Positions 10,758-18,517 of a stretch of 64,000 nucleotides of DNA are shown piece after piece (position 1 is the stretch's first letter; each line of letters opens with the position of its first letter). Source of the DNA: Candidatus Azambacteria bacterium. GTDB taxonomy: Bacteria; Patescibacteriota; Minisyncoccia; GWC2-36-17; WO2-46-25. Location of the stretch: assembly GCA_016234725.1 (NCBI GenBank), contig JACRAK010000007.1:2121-66120 (forward strand), in the 5' to 3' direction. Made by a program: the position numbers and the translations under genes. The notes beneath the pieces are model-generated. The model searched no databases. It worked only from the letters and a program-made list of their open reading frames with translations, and had not been told where the DNA came from.

Positions 10758-11148
10758 ATTTTATTTTTCCCAATACAAACTCCTTAATTTTCTTTGCCGC
10801 TTCATATGCCTTTCTTGCTTCTTGAAATGTAAACTCGGGGTAATCTCCTGTATATCGGGTCTCTACATAATATCTATTAAGGAGAACAAGATCGTCTTCA
10901 TAATTCTTGATCTCTTTTTCATAGTGCAATAATAGGTCTTCTAATTTTAACAAGTCATGTATTTTGGGAAATCTTTTATCATAAAACACAAGCATTCCTT
11001 TTAGGTATTTTTCCGCCATTTGTTGTGAAAGAAAGCATGCGGTGCTTGGCGCGCCGCGCTCATCTCTTAAAATTGCGCCGATAGAGAGCTCATCCTCTTG
11101 CGCTTTCTTAAACAATTCGTGATGTTTTGTTTCATTATTCATTGCCAT
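10756..11148 (-). CDS. HEPN domain protein (toxin of an MNT-HEPN pair)
   Basis: CFLSQQMAEKYLKG, PKIHDL, YVETRY motifs; start taken at ATG 11148. Confidence 0.88.
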   Translation of the reverse strand: MAMNNETKHHELFKKAQEDELSIGAILRDERGAPSTACFLSQQMAEKYLKGMLVFYDKRFPKIHDLLKLEDLLLHYEKEIKNYEDDLVLLNRYYVETRYTGDYPEFTFQEARKAYEAAKKIKEFVLGKIK

Positions 11149-11452
11149 ATAAAACCTTCCCTTTTTCAAAAATATCTTCCACAAAAAAATCCTTCAATTC
11201 CATTCTTTTTTGCACTTGTGCCGGAGTATATACAATTAAATCCATTGCGAACTGCCTTGGAAAAACAAAGCGATCTATTTTTCGCGCCATATCCCTCGTG
11301 TTTTCAGTTTCCTTCACAATAAACAAATCTACATCGCTGTCTTCGGTAGGGTTTCCCCACGCGTAAGAGCCGAAAAGAATAATTTTTTCCGGATTATATT
11401 CCTTGCCAATCCTATCCGCTGTTTCCTGAATTTTTTCAAAAGCTATTTTCAT
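11135..11452 (-). CDS. Minimal nucleotidyltransferase (MNT) antitoxin
   Basis: LFGSYAWG...DSDVDL motif. Confidence 0.9.
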   Translation of the reverse strand: MKIAFEKIQETADRIGKEYNPEKIILFGSYAWGNPTEDSDVDLFIVKETENTRDMARKIDRFVFPRQFAMDLIVYTPAQVQKRMELKDFFVEDIFEKGKVLYGNE

Positions 11453-11457
11453 TTTTA

Positions 11458-11604
11458 TTATTTTCTCCTGGCATCCATGTACAAGCGCAACGCCTGGCGG
11501 ATGAATTCGCTCTTTGTCTTCTCCTCTTTTTTCACCAGCTGCGCCGCCTCTTTCTCAAGCTTAGGGGGCAACGATATCACCCACACTTTTCTCTGGATCG
11601 CCAT
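11458..11604 (-). CDS. CopG/ribbon-helix-helix regulator (48 aa, below ORF-track cutoff)
   Basis: Manual translation MAIQRKVWVISLPPKLEKEAAQLVKKEEKTKSEFIRQALRLYMDARRK; directly upstream of MNT. Confidence 0.8.
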   Translation of the reverse strand: MAIQRKVWVISLPPKLEKEAAQLVKKEEKTKSEFIRQALRLYMDARRK

Positions 11605-11881
11605 ACTGTATTACTTTGTATTACATACCCCTTCTCCCCCTTCTTTCTTTTTCTAGATTCTAAATCCTAGATTCTAACTTCTATGTGCTGTATTACTTTC
11701 ATTATACATACAACGAAAATAATAGGGAAATCCGCATAGTGTGGATAACTTCCTTATTCACATTTCTGACTTCCCTATCATTTCCTTATTCCTCATGAGG
11801 GAAGTCGGATTTCACTCACCAATAAAAAAGCTCCTCGTACATGAGGTGCTTATGCTCTGTCTATTCTCTACTCCCTACTCG

Positions 11882-12256
11882 CTAATGTATGTTGATATTC
11901 TCTATATGCCGTATCTCGGCTTCCCCGCTTACATCGTCAAACACTGCAGAAATGCTGTCCATCTGCCACTTTTGCTCAGGGGAGATCTTGCGCACGAACA
12001 AAAACATCTCGACTGTCCTGGCGAACTTTCTCAGTTTATGAAAGGTGATGTTTTCCTCCGGCGCGATGTAACTCCCCTTCTTTACGCTCTTTACCTCCAC
12101 AAAAACAATATCGCCGCCAGGACTTCTGGCGACGACATCTATCTCTCCGAACTTCGTATTAAAATTGCGCTCAATTATCGAATACCCTTCAGAAATAAGA
12201 TATTCTGCCGCTTTTTCTTCCCCCGTATTTCCCGTTGCGCGCCTTTGAGTGATCAT
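11882..12256 (-). CDS. yraN: YraN/UPF0102 family nuclease-like protein
   Basis: GNTGEEKAAEYL, GEIDVVA, FVEVK; real start ATG 12256, since the longer ORF runs through tRNA. Confidence 0.88.
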   Translation of the reverse strand: MITQRRATGNTGEEKAAEYLISEGYSIIERNFNTKFGEIDVVARSPGGDIVFVEVKSVKKGSYIAPEENITFHKLRKFARTVEMFLFVRKISPEQKWQMDSISAVFDDVSGEAEIRHIENINIH

Positions 12257-12316
12257 CTTTTGTGGACTCACCGGGAATCGAACCCGGAACTCAGCAACCT
12301 GCCCGCCTAAATTTTG

Positions 12317-12387
12317 TGGACTCACCGGGAATCGAACCCGGAACTCAGCAATGCGAATGCTGCGTAATACCATTTTACTACGAGCCC
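12317..12387 (-). tRNA. tRNA-Ala(CGC), intact inner copy
   Basis: GGGCTCG...CAGCA-TTCGCAT-TGCTG...GTTCGATTC...TGAGTCC-A; G3:U70 Ala identity pair; no encoded CCA. Confidence 0.9.
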
Positions 12388-12483
12388 TTTTAAAGTCCAC
12401 AAAACTTGGGCGGGTGAACGAATGCTGCGTAATACCATTTTACTACGAGCCCTTTTAAAGTCCACAAAACTTGGGCGGGTGAA
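12354..12483. repeat. Exact 65-bp tandem duplication (tRNA 5' half plus linker)
   Basis: 12354-12418 is identical to 12419-12483. Confidence 0.85.
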
Positions 12484-12613
12484 CGAATGCCGCGTACTAC
12501 GACTATACTATGAGCCCCCTCTTTTCTTTTAAAACGAAATCATTATAATGCATGCATTGCAATTTGACAACTTCATACTACCAAAATCGTTTTAACGAAA
12601 AAGGAGGTGTCTT

Positions 12614-12982
12614 ATGATGGACAAAAATGAAAGAGAGATACTTGTCAATGCTCTAAAGGTTATAAAGGGAACTCGTTTCATTCCTCACGTATATTCAAAC
12701 ATGGCCTACAATAGCCGAGAATATACTGATGCCGTCGACGCATTGGTGAAGCTTTCCGGGGACAATGAAATCAGGGAAAAAGCGCAGCACTACGCCTTAA
12801 AATGGGAAGAGCGATTGAAGGAAAGAGGGGAGAAGGATCTCAAAGAATCAACAAAAAACGGCACTGGAAAGACGTTAAAGATACTAGGGGGATGTCTTTT
12901 TGCGCTTGCCGCGATTGGCACAACCGCGGGGATTGTGCATCATAGGAGAAAAAAAAATGAACAAAAGAAAACAGGGGAATAA
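12614..12982 (+). CDS. Hypothetical protein with C-terminal TM anchor
   Basis: AAGGAGGT SD; hydrophobic ILGGCLFALAAIG followed by a basic tail; terminator at 12968-12993. Confidence 0.7.
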   Translation: MMDKNEREILVNALKVIKGTRFIPHVYSNMAYNSREYTDAVDALVKLSGDNEIREKAQHYALKWEERLKERGEKDLKESTKNGTGKTLKILGGCLFALAAIGTTAGIVHHRRKKNEQKKTGE

Positions 12983-13055
12983 TCCCCTGTTTTCCATTTT
13001 TTGCGTTTCTTTAAACTTCCAGATTCTATTTTCTAGTTTCTAGATTCTGCCTTAA

Positions 13056-13344
13056 TGGTCGGAATGCCGGGAATCGAACCCGGATTACACGCACCTCTCA
13101 CCCGCCTAAATTTCGTCTTGTTGTCGGGGTACTCGGAATCGAACCGAGACCACACGCACCCGAAGCGTGCGTACTGCCACTATACTATACCCCGAAACTT
13201 TGGCGGGCGGGGCGTGCGTAATGCTTCACCCTCCCACCTTTTACACATATTAACTCCTCTAGAAACCAATCACCAATTCTGCTGGACGCTATGCAACTGC
13301 GTGCAGATGTAAAAAGGCGGGAGGGCAAGCTATACCACATTCCG
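13056..13344 (-). pseudogene. Outer tRNA-Pro in three pieces (13330-13344, 13212-13223, 13056-13095)
   Basis: Acceptor stem CGGAATG/CATTCCG-A-CCA is perfect; insertions lie in the D-loop and the anticodon loop. Confidence 0.8.
13124..13194 (-). tRNA. tRNA-Pro(CGG), intact inner copy
   Basis: CGGGGTA...CACGC-TTCGGGT-GCGTG...GTTCGATTC...TACCCCG-A. Confidence 0.9.
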
Positions 13345-13450
13345 AAATCCCCTATTTTCACACACCCGAAACGTCTTATGCGGGCTTCTCCGATAATGCG
13401 CCTTTTCGGGATATGTTACCATTTCCCGAAAACCCGCGCTATACCTGCTG

Positions 13451-14959
13451 TTACACGCGAAACTTCCTCTGTTCTTCCTCCTCAAGCAACTTAACCTTCT
13501 CCTCGCCTTTCTTTATCATCTCCGAAAGCTCGCTGATAGAAAACTTATCCAACACAACCGCCCGCGCTTCCAGATAATCTTTATCGTTTTTTTGCGGGTC
13601 GTCAAGAACCTCTGAAAACAAGGCATTGAGAATGACCCCCACTTTCGGCCCCGGCGCAATGCCCAATATCCGCATCACCTCGTTTCCGTCAATTTTGAGC
13701 ATTTTAACGGAGATCGGGTCTTTTGACACCTTCTCGACCATATACCTGAAATGGCGCAATTTATAGGGCTCCGCCTTTGGCACGCCCGACCCTATCCTAT
13801 CGGCAAACCGAACATTGACGAGATCGTCCATATTTTCAAGCCCGACATTCCGTACCAGCCGCCGCACGGAAGACGCCGTCACCTCGTCTACATTATAGTA
13901 AAAGAGGTGATAGCGGATGAGTCGCGCGACATCCTCGATTTCCTTATTCGAGAACTTCAATCGGCTCATCGCCTGTGCGGCGATGCGCGCGCCGATCATG
14001 TCGTGGTTGTAAAACGTGGCATTCGGTCCCTCGCCCTGTTTTGCCTTCGGCTTCCCAACGTCATGGAGCAACGCCGCAAATCGCACCGTAAAACTAAACC
14101 CTTGCTCTGCGGCATAGCGGAGCGATTTTAAATTATGCTCATACACATCGAATATATGGTGTTTGTTTTGTGAAACGTGATACCCGTCAAGCAATTCCGG
14201 CAAAACGAAATGCAAGAGCCCGACCTGGCGCAATAGATCGATGCCGTCTGCCGCGTTTTTGCACATGACTATTTTTATGAGTTCGTCGCGGATGCGCTCG
14301 TGTGAAACAACGCGAATGAGAGCGGCGTGTTCCTTAACCGCGACGAGCGTTTGTTCTTCTATGGTAAACTCAAGCTGTGTCGCAAATCGCACCGCGCGCA
14401 CCAAGCGCAACGCGTCTTCATTGAACCGCTCACTTGCGTTTCCAACCGCACGCACTATTTTTTCTTTCAGGTCTTTTTGTCCACCGAATGGATCGATGAT
14501 CGTGAAACGTAAATCCTGAATCTTGGAGCTTGCATCTTGAATCATGGATCTTGAATCCTGGGTTTCGGGTTTCAAGTTTTGAGTTTCAAGATCGAGCGCC
14601 ATCGCGTTGATCGTAAAATCTCTCCGCGCAAGATCTTCTTGTAAATGCGTCGTATATTGCACGCTGTCCGGATGGCGTTTGTCGGAATATGCATTATCGA
14701 CGCGATATGTCGTGATCTGAATTTCCATGCCGTCAATGAACGCGGTCACTGTGCCGAATTTGTTTTCGTAAAAACTTTTGGGGAACACTGCCTGTACTTC
14801 CTCCGGCTTCGCGTTGGTCGCCACGTCCCAATCATTCGGTTCGCGCCCGAGCAACACGTCGCGCACGCAACCGCCGACGGCATACGCCGCAAATCCCGCG
14901 CGCGCCAGCTCGCTCCCGACGTACATCACTTCTTTCGGAATTACCTCATGCATGCGCAT
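13451..14959 (-). CDS. cca: CCA tRNA nucleotidyltransferase with HD domain
   Basis: VGGCVRD, DWDVAT, DLARRDFTINA, EDALR, LLHDVGK. Confidence 0.9.
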   Translation of the reverse strand: MRMHEVIPKEVMYVGSELARAGFAAYAVGGCVRDVLLGREPNDWDVATNAKPEEVQAVFPKSFYENKFGTVTAFIDGMEIQITTYRVDNAYSDKRHPDSVQYTTHLQEDLARRDFTINAMALDLETQNLKPETQDSRSMIQDASSKIQDLRFTIIDPFGGQKDLKEKIVRAVGNASERFNEDALRLVRAVRFATQLEFTIEEQTLVAVKEHAALIRVVSHERIRDELIKIVMCKNAADGIDLLRQVGLLHFVLPELLDGYHVSQNKHHIFDVYEHNLKSLRYAAEQGFSFTVRFAALLHDVGKPKAKQGEGPNATFYNHDMIGARIAAQAMSRLKFSNKEIEDVARLIRYHLFYYNVDEVTASSVRRLVRNVGLENMDDLVNVRFADRIGSGVPKAEPYKLRHFRYMVEKVSKDPISVKMLKIDGNEVMRILGIAPGPKVGVILNALFSEVLDDPQKNDKDYLEARAVVLDKFSISELSEMIKKGEEKVKLLEEEEQRKFRV

Positions 14960-15124
14960 ACTATAATACGCTAACGCGCTCCGGCGCAATAATAATGACC
15001 GCGGTGATATGTATTACAGTGTATTACTCTATCTCGGTTCTTACTATGCCTGTTATTACTACGGGACGAAAGAGAGGAGAGGGGAGGGGAGAGAAAAAGA
15101 AGAAAGGAATTTGTAATACACTCG

Positions 15125-15156
15125 TCACAAACTCACGCGTATGCGTGAGTTTGTGA
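15125..15156. repeat. Palindrome family B, copy 1
   Basis: TCACAAACTCACGC-GTAT-GCGTGAGTTTGTGA. Confidence 0.9.
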
Positions 15157-15169
15157 TTTTCCTGTTCTC

Positions 15170-15718
15170 TTATTCAATTCCGAATACGCGCTTTAATTTT
15201 TCTTCCCCTTCAAAGCGGGACACATACATGAGTATGATGTGATCCCGAACACCCCAAAATACGCCAAGCGCATCTATTTCCTTCTCGCATGGAAACGGAG
15301 ATAAAAACACGCTCTTTTGCAGCTGATAAAAATCGAGTTCTTTTAATTTCCGTCGCAGCGCATCGCGCGCCGTATTCTTATGGCTCGGGATATCAAACAT
15401 CACCAACCGCCATGTACCATCCCAGCGCTTCGGCCGTGCAAGCGTCATGGTTTCAAGATTATATTTCAACACCGCTTCTTTTCCGCCCGCCTTTAATCGC
15501 AAACGGATCGTCCCATCTGCGGCCTCATGTATATCGATCAATTCTCGTTTCTGCAGGCGCTTCAGATCCTGCATAAATTTGTTTTTTTCAAATTTTTTCG
15601 CGCGCATATACTCCCGTAGCAATTGGCGGGGGAGAAGAGGATTTGCGACGGAAAGCGCCGCAACACCGCCGGCAAGCGCCACGAAATGCAAAATCTTTTT
15701 TGTATGCGAATCTTTCAT
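15170..15718 (-). CDS. PaaX-like protein (wHTH-like N-terminus plus Cas2/VapD-like domain), stand-alone
   Basis: WDGTWRLVMFDIP...RDALRRKLKELDFYQLQKSVF. Confidence 0.8.
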   Translation of the reverse strand: MKDSHTKKILHFVALAGGVAALSVANPLLPRQLLREYMRAKKFEKNKFMQDLKRLQKRELIDIHEAADGTIRLRLKAGGKEAVLKYNLETMTLARPKRWDGTWRLVMFDIPSHKNTARDALRRKLKELDFYQLQKSVFLSPFPCEKEIDALGVFWGVRDHIILMYVSRFEGEEKLKRVFGIE

Positions 15719-15753
15719 ATATATCTATATCCTATCTCCAGTATATCAGATAT

Positions 15754-15791
15754 TTGTCACAAAATCACGCATACGCGTGATTTTGTGACAA
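15754..15791. repeat. Palindrome family B, copy 2 (inverted)
   Basis: TTGTCACAAAATCACGC-ATAC-GCGTGATTTTGTGACAA. Confidence 0.9.
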
Positions 15792-15894
15792 GCTTATGAA
15801 AAGATGTAGCGCACGGTGGGCGCGTACTATGCATTGTGCAACCATAAAAAAGGTGGTATAAAAGCCTGGTATCGTTATCGTATTTACTGCGCGC

Positions 15895-15969
15895 GCGCCT
15901 GTAGCTCAACGGATAGAGCGCATCCCTGCGAAGGATGAGACCGAGGTTCAATTCCCCGCAGGCGCACCA
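15895..15969 (+). tRNA. tRNA-Arg(GCG)
   Basis: GCGCCTG...CATCC-CTGCGAA-GGATG...GTTCAATTC...CAGGCGC-A-CCA; one A:C mismatch in the T stem. Confidence 0.88.
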
Positions 15970-16122
15970 ATAGCATTTCATACATTGTTGGCTCTCAAAG
16001 AAACACTGTATGACACGCCCATAATTGAACCAGGGAAGGGGTCGGGAAACCTATGGGTTTCCCGTTGCGGAAATATTAAAACCGAAGGGTTTTAAAAAGT
16101 GAGCGAGGTGACGAGCGAGCGC

Positions 16123-16145
16123 GTTCAATTCCCCGCAGGCGCACC
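16123..16145 (+). repeat. 23-bp duplication of the tRNA-Arg 3' end (att-like)
   Basis: GTTCAATTCCCCGCAGGCGCACC is identical to 15946-15968. Confidence 0.85.
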
Positions 16146-16232
16146 GAAGCAAAACCCTCTCGCACATACGCGCGAAGGGGTTTTGCACATATGCACATAG
16201 CGGGGAAGCGAGCTTCCGTATATAATGGAGGC

Positions 16233-16610
16233 ATGGCGAAAAAGAGAAAGAGTATCCTTATCATAGAAGACGAGGCGGCGCAGATCCACGCGCTCGAAAA
16301 AACATTTCTCAAAGAGGGGTATGCCGTGCATGCCGCGGAAAACGGACAGGAAGGATTCGAGAAAGCAAAAGTGGAAACGCCCGATGTCATTCTGCTTGAT
16401 ATCATCATGCCGGTCATGGACGGCATCACCGCGCTTGAAAAAATAAACGGCGACGATGACACAAAACACATTCCCGTGATCGTGCTCACCAATTTCGCGC
16501 TGTATGAACAAGTGCGCCCGTTCATGGACCAGGGCAAAGACCATTTCCTTACCAAGATCAACACGTCGCTTAAAGACGTCGTTACAAAAGCAAACACCAT
16601 TCTCTCGTGA
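16233..16610 (+). CDS. Single-domain response regulator
   Basis: ILIIEDE, PDVILLDIIMP, VLTN. Confidence 0.9.
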   Translation: MAKKRKSILIIEDEAAQIHALEKTFLKEGYAVHAAENGQEGFEKAKVETPDVILLDIIMPVMDGITALEKINGDDDTKHIPVIVLTNFALYEQVRPFMDQGKDHFLTKINTSLKDVVTKANTILS

Positions 16611-18517
16611 AACTCTCCCTTACACAACAAGCATTGCTGTTGTGCGCCATCACCCTGCTTTCAAGCGGCATCGCGCTGATATGGTTTGGCACCGATGCGC
16701 GCGTTCTTGTCCTTGCGATCACCATATCCATCGCAATGGCCGCATTCGGCGTGCGCATTCTTTTTTCCACGATACGATCCCTCAGCGATCTGCGTTCCCG
16801 CGTCGACCAAGTGGCAAAAGGGAACTATGACGTCATCACGCCGGTGCGCGGCATCGGCGAGATCGAAAAACTCGTCGACGCGTTCAACGTCATGGCGTTC
16901 CGGCTGAAACATCATGAGCGGCATCTCGCGCACAAAGCATACCAAGCCGCAGTGCTCAAAGAGATCTCGGAGCGCATCACCGCGTCGCTCGACGAAAGCG
17001 AAGCGGTGGAGATCATCGCGGGATCGCTCGGCAAGGTCGTGCCCTACAGCATCGCTTCGTATCTCACGCTCAAAAACAACGGCGCCGCGCTCCTCAAGTG
17101 CCACATCGAAGAATCGGTCAACAAAGCATTCGCGGAGGAAGCAAAGCGCATCCTGTTTGGCGCGCTCGCTGCGCTTGGAAACAGCACGCTCTCAGAAGAA
17201 CAGATCGAAAAAACGATATGTTTTGGCGCATTCTTTGACGAGGAAGCAAAAGCCCCCGTGCGCTCGCACTTTACGCTTCCCATATATGTGAATAGCGCGC
17301 TCACCGGGATCATCACCGTCACCTCCGCAACGCCGAATCTGTATAAGGAAGAGGAGATAGGTATTTTATACACTGTCACGGAACAGGCGGGCGCGACGAT
17401 ATCGAAAACGAAAGCTCTCATCGCCGAGGAGTCGAACAAGACCCAGTCCATGCTTTCGTCCATCAACGAAGGACTCATTATGGTCACCACCGGACAGAAA
17501 ATATCGATCATCAATGAAAAAGCGAAAGAGATCATCGGCATCCCGCACCAGGACAACCCCACATTGCTCGATGTCATTCAGGCGCTCTACGGTACATTCG
17601 ATTTTCGCGGCGCCACCGACCGCGTGCTTGCGTCCAAACAAACGCAATCATTCCAAGAATTCACCGCGGGGGCCAGCGCATACAAGATCATCGCGAACCC
17701 CGTGAAAGAAAAAGATGGGGACATCGTCGGCGTCGTATTCATCTTTTCCGACATCACGAAAGAAAAAGAGATCGACCGGATGAAAACGGAATTCATTTCC
17801 ATCACCTCGCACCAACTGCGCACGCCGCTCTCATCCATGAAATGGTTCCTTGAAATGCTCATCAACAAAGATGCCGGCGAACTGCCGGAAAAAGCAAAAA
17901 CGATCGTTGAGGATGTATACAGATCGAACGAGCGCATCATCACGCTCGTGAACGACCTGCTTGATGTATCGCGCATCGAGGCGGGCAAGATGCAGAACGA
18001 ACCGACGCCGACCAACCTCATTGAATTCCTCAAAAGCATGCTTCCGGAAGCAGAGCAACAATTCAAGCAACGGTGTCAAACATTCGAATTCCGCCGGCCG
18101 GATACGCTTCCGCGCGCGATGGTGGACCCCAAGCTCGTATGGCAGGTGATCGGGAATCTTTTGAGCAATGCGTCCAAATACACGCCGGAAGGAGGGAAAA
18201 TATCGCTTGAGCTTTCTATTCACGATGATGCCGTTCTTTGTGCGATCACCGACAACGGCTACGGCATCCCTGAATTCCAACAGCATCGGATATTCGAGAA
18301 ATTCTTCCGCGCGGACAATACCGCGAAAATGGAAGGCACCGGGCTTGGCATGCACATCGCGCGGCAGATCACCAACGCGATGGGAGGAACACTATGGTTT
18401 GAATCCGCAGAAGGAAAAGGAACGGCGTTTTATCTTTCGCTGCCGATCACCGGCGCAAAAAAACAGGAAAAACCCGTGCGGTCACGCGCTAAAAATGATA
18501 CACTGCAACCCATATGA
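16607..18517 (+). CDS. Membrane sensor histidine kinase (TM-HAMP-GAF-PAS-HisKA-HATPase)
   Basis: SHQLRTPL, NLLSNASKY, DNGYGI, GTGLG. Confidence 0.92.
   Translation: MKLSLTQQALLLCAITLLSSGIALIWFGTDARVLVLAITISIAMAAFGVRILFSTIRSLSDLRSRVDQVAKGNYDVITPVRGIGEIEKLVDAFNVMAFRLKHHERHLAHKAYQAAVLKEISERITASLDESEAVEIIAGSLGKVVPYSIASYLTLKNNGAALLKCHIEESVNKAFAEEAKRILFGALAALGNSTLSEEQIEKTICFGAFFDEEAKAPVRSHFTLPIYVNSALTGIITVTSATPNLYKEEEIGILYTVTEQAGATISKTKALIAEESNKTQSMLSSINEGLIMVTTGQKISIINEKAKEIIGIPHQDNPTLLDVIQALYGTFDFRGATDRVLASKQTQSFQEFTAGASAYKIIANPVKEKDGDIVGVVFIFSDITKEKEIDRMKTEFISITSHQLRTPLSSMKWFLEMLINKDAGELPEKAKTIVEDVYRSNERIITLVNDLLDVSRIEAGKMQNEPTPTNLIEFLKSMLPEAEQQFKQRCQTFEFRRPDTLPRAMVDPKLVWQVIGNLLSNASKYTPEGGKISLELSIHDDAVLCAITDNGYGIPEFQQHRIFEKFFRADNTAKMEGTGLGMHIARQITNAMGGTLWFESAEGKGTAFYLSLPITGAKKQEKPVRSRAKNDTLQPI

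Larger units (their letters stand above)
12263..12517 (-). pseudogene. Outer interrupted tRNA-Ala (5' half 12484-12517, 3' half 12263-12297) enclosing the inner tRNA
   Basis: 5' half GGGCTCATAGTATAGTCGTAGTACGCGGCATTCG pairs with the 3' half ...TGAGTCCA; break lies in the anticodon loop. Confidence 0.75.

Noticed and set aside
12257-12400. N-terminal extension of the 172-aa ORF 11882-12400
   Set aside because: It is read-through of tRNA-Ala sequences; YraN starts at 12256
15170-15718. Cas2-like domain as evidence of a CRISPR-Cas system
   Set aside because: No cas1, effector or array in the window; architecture is PaaX-like
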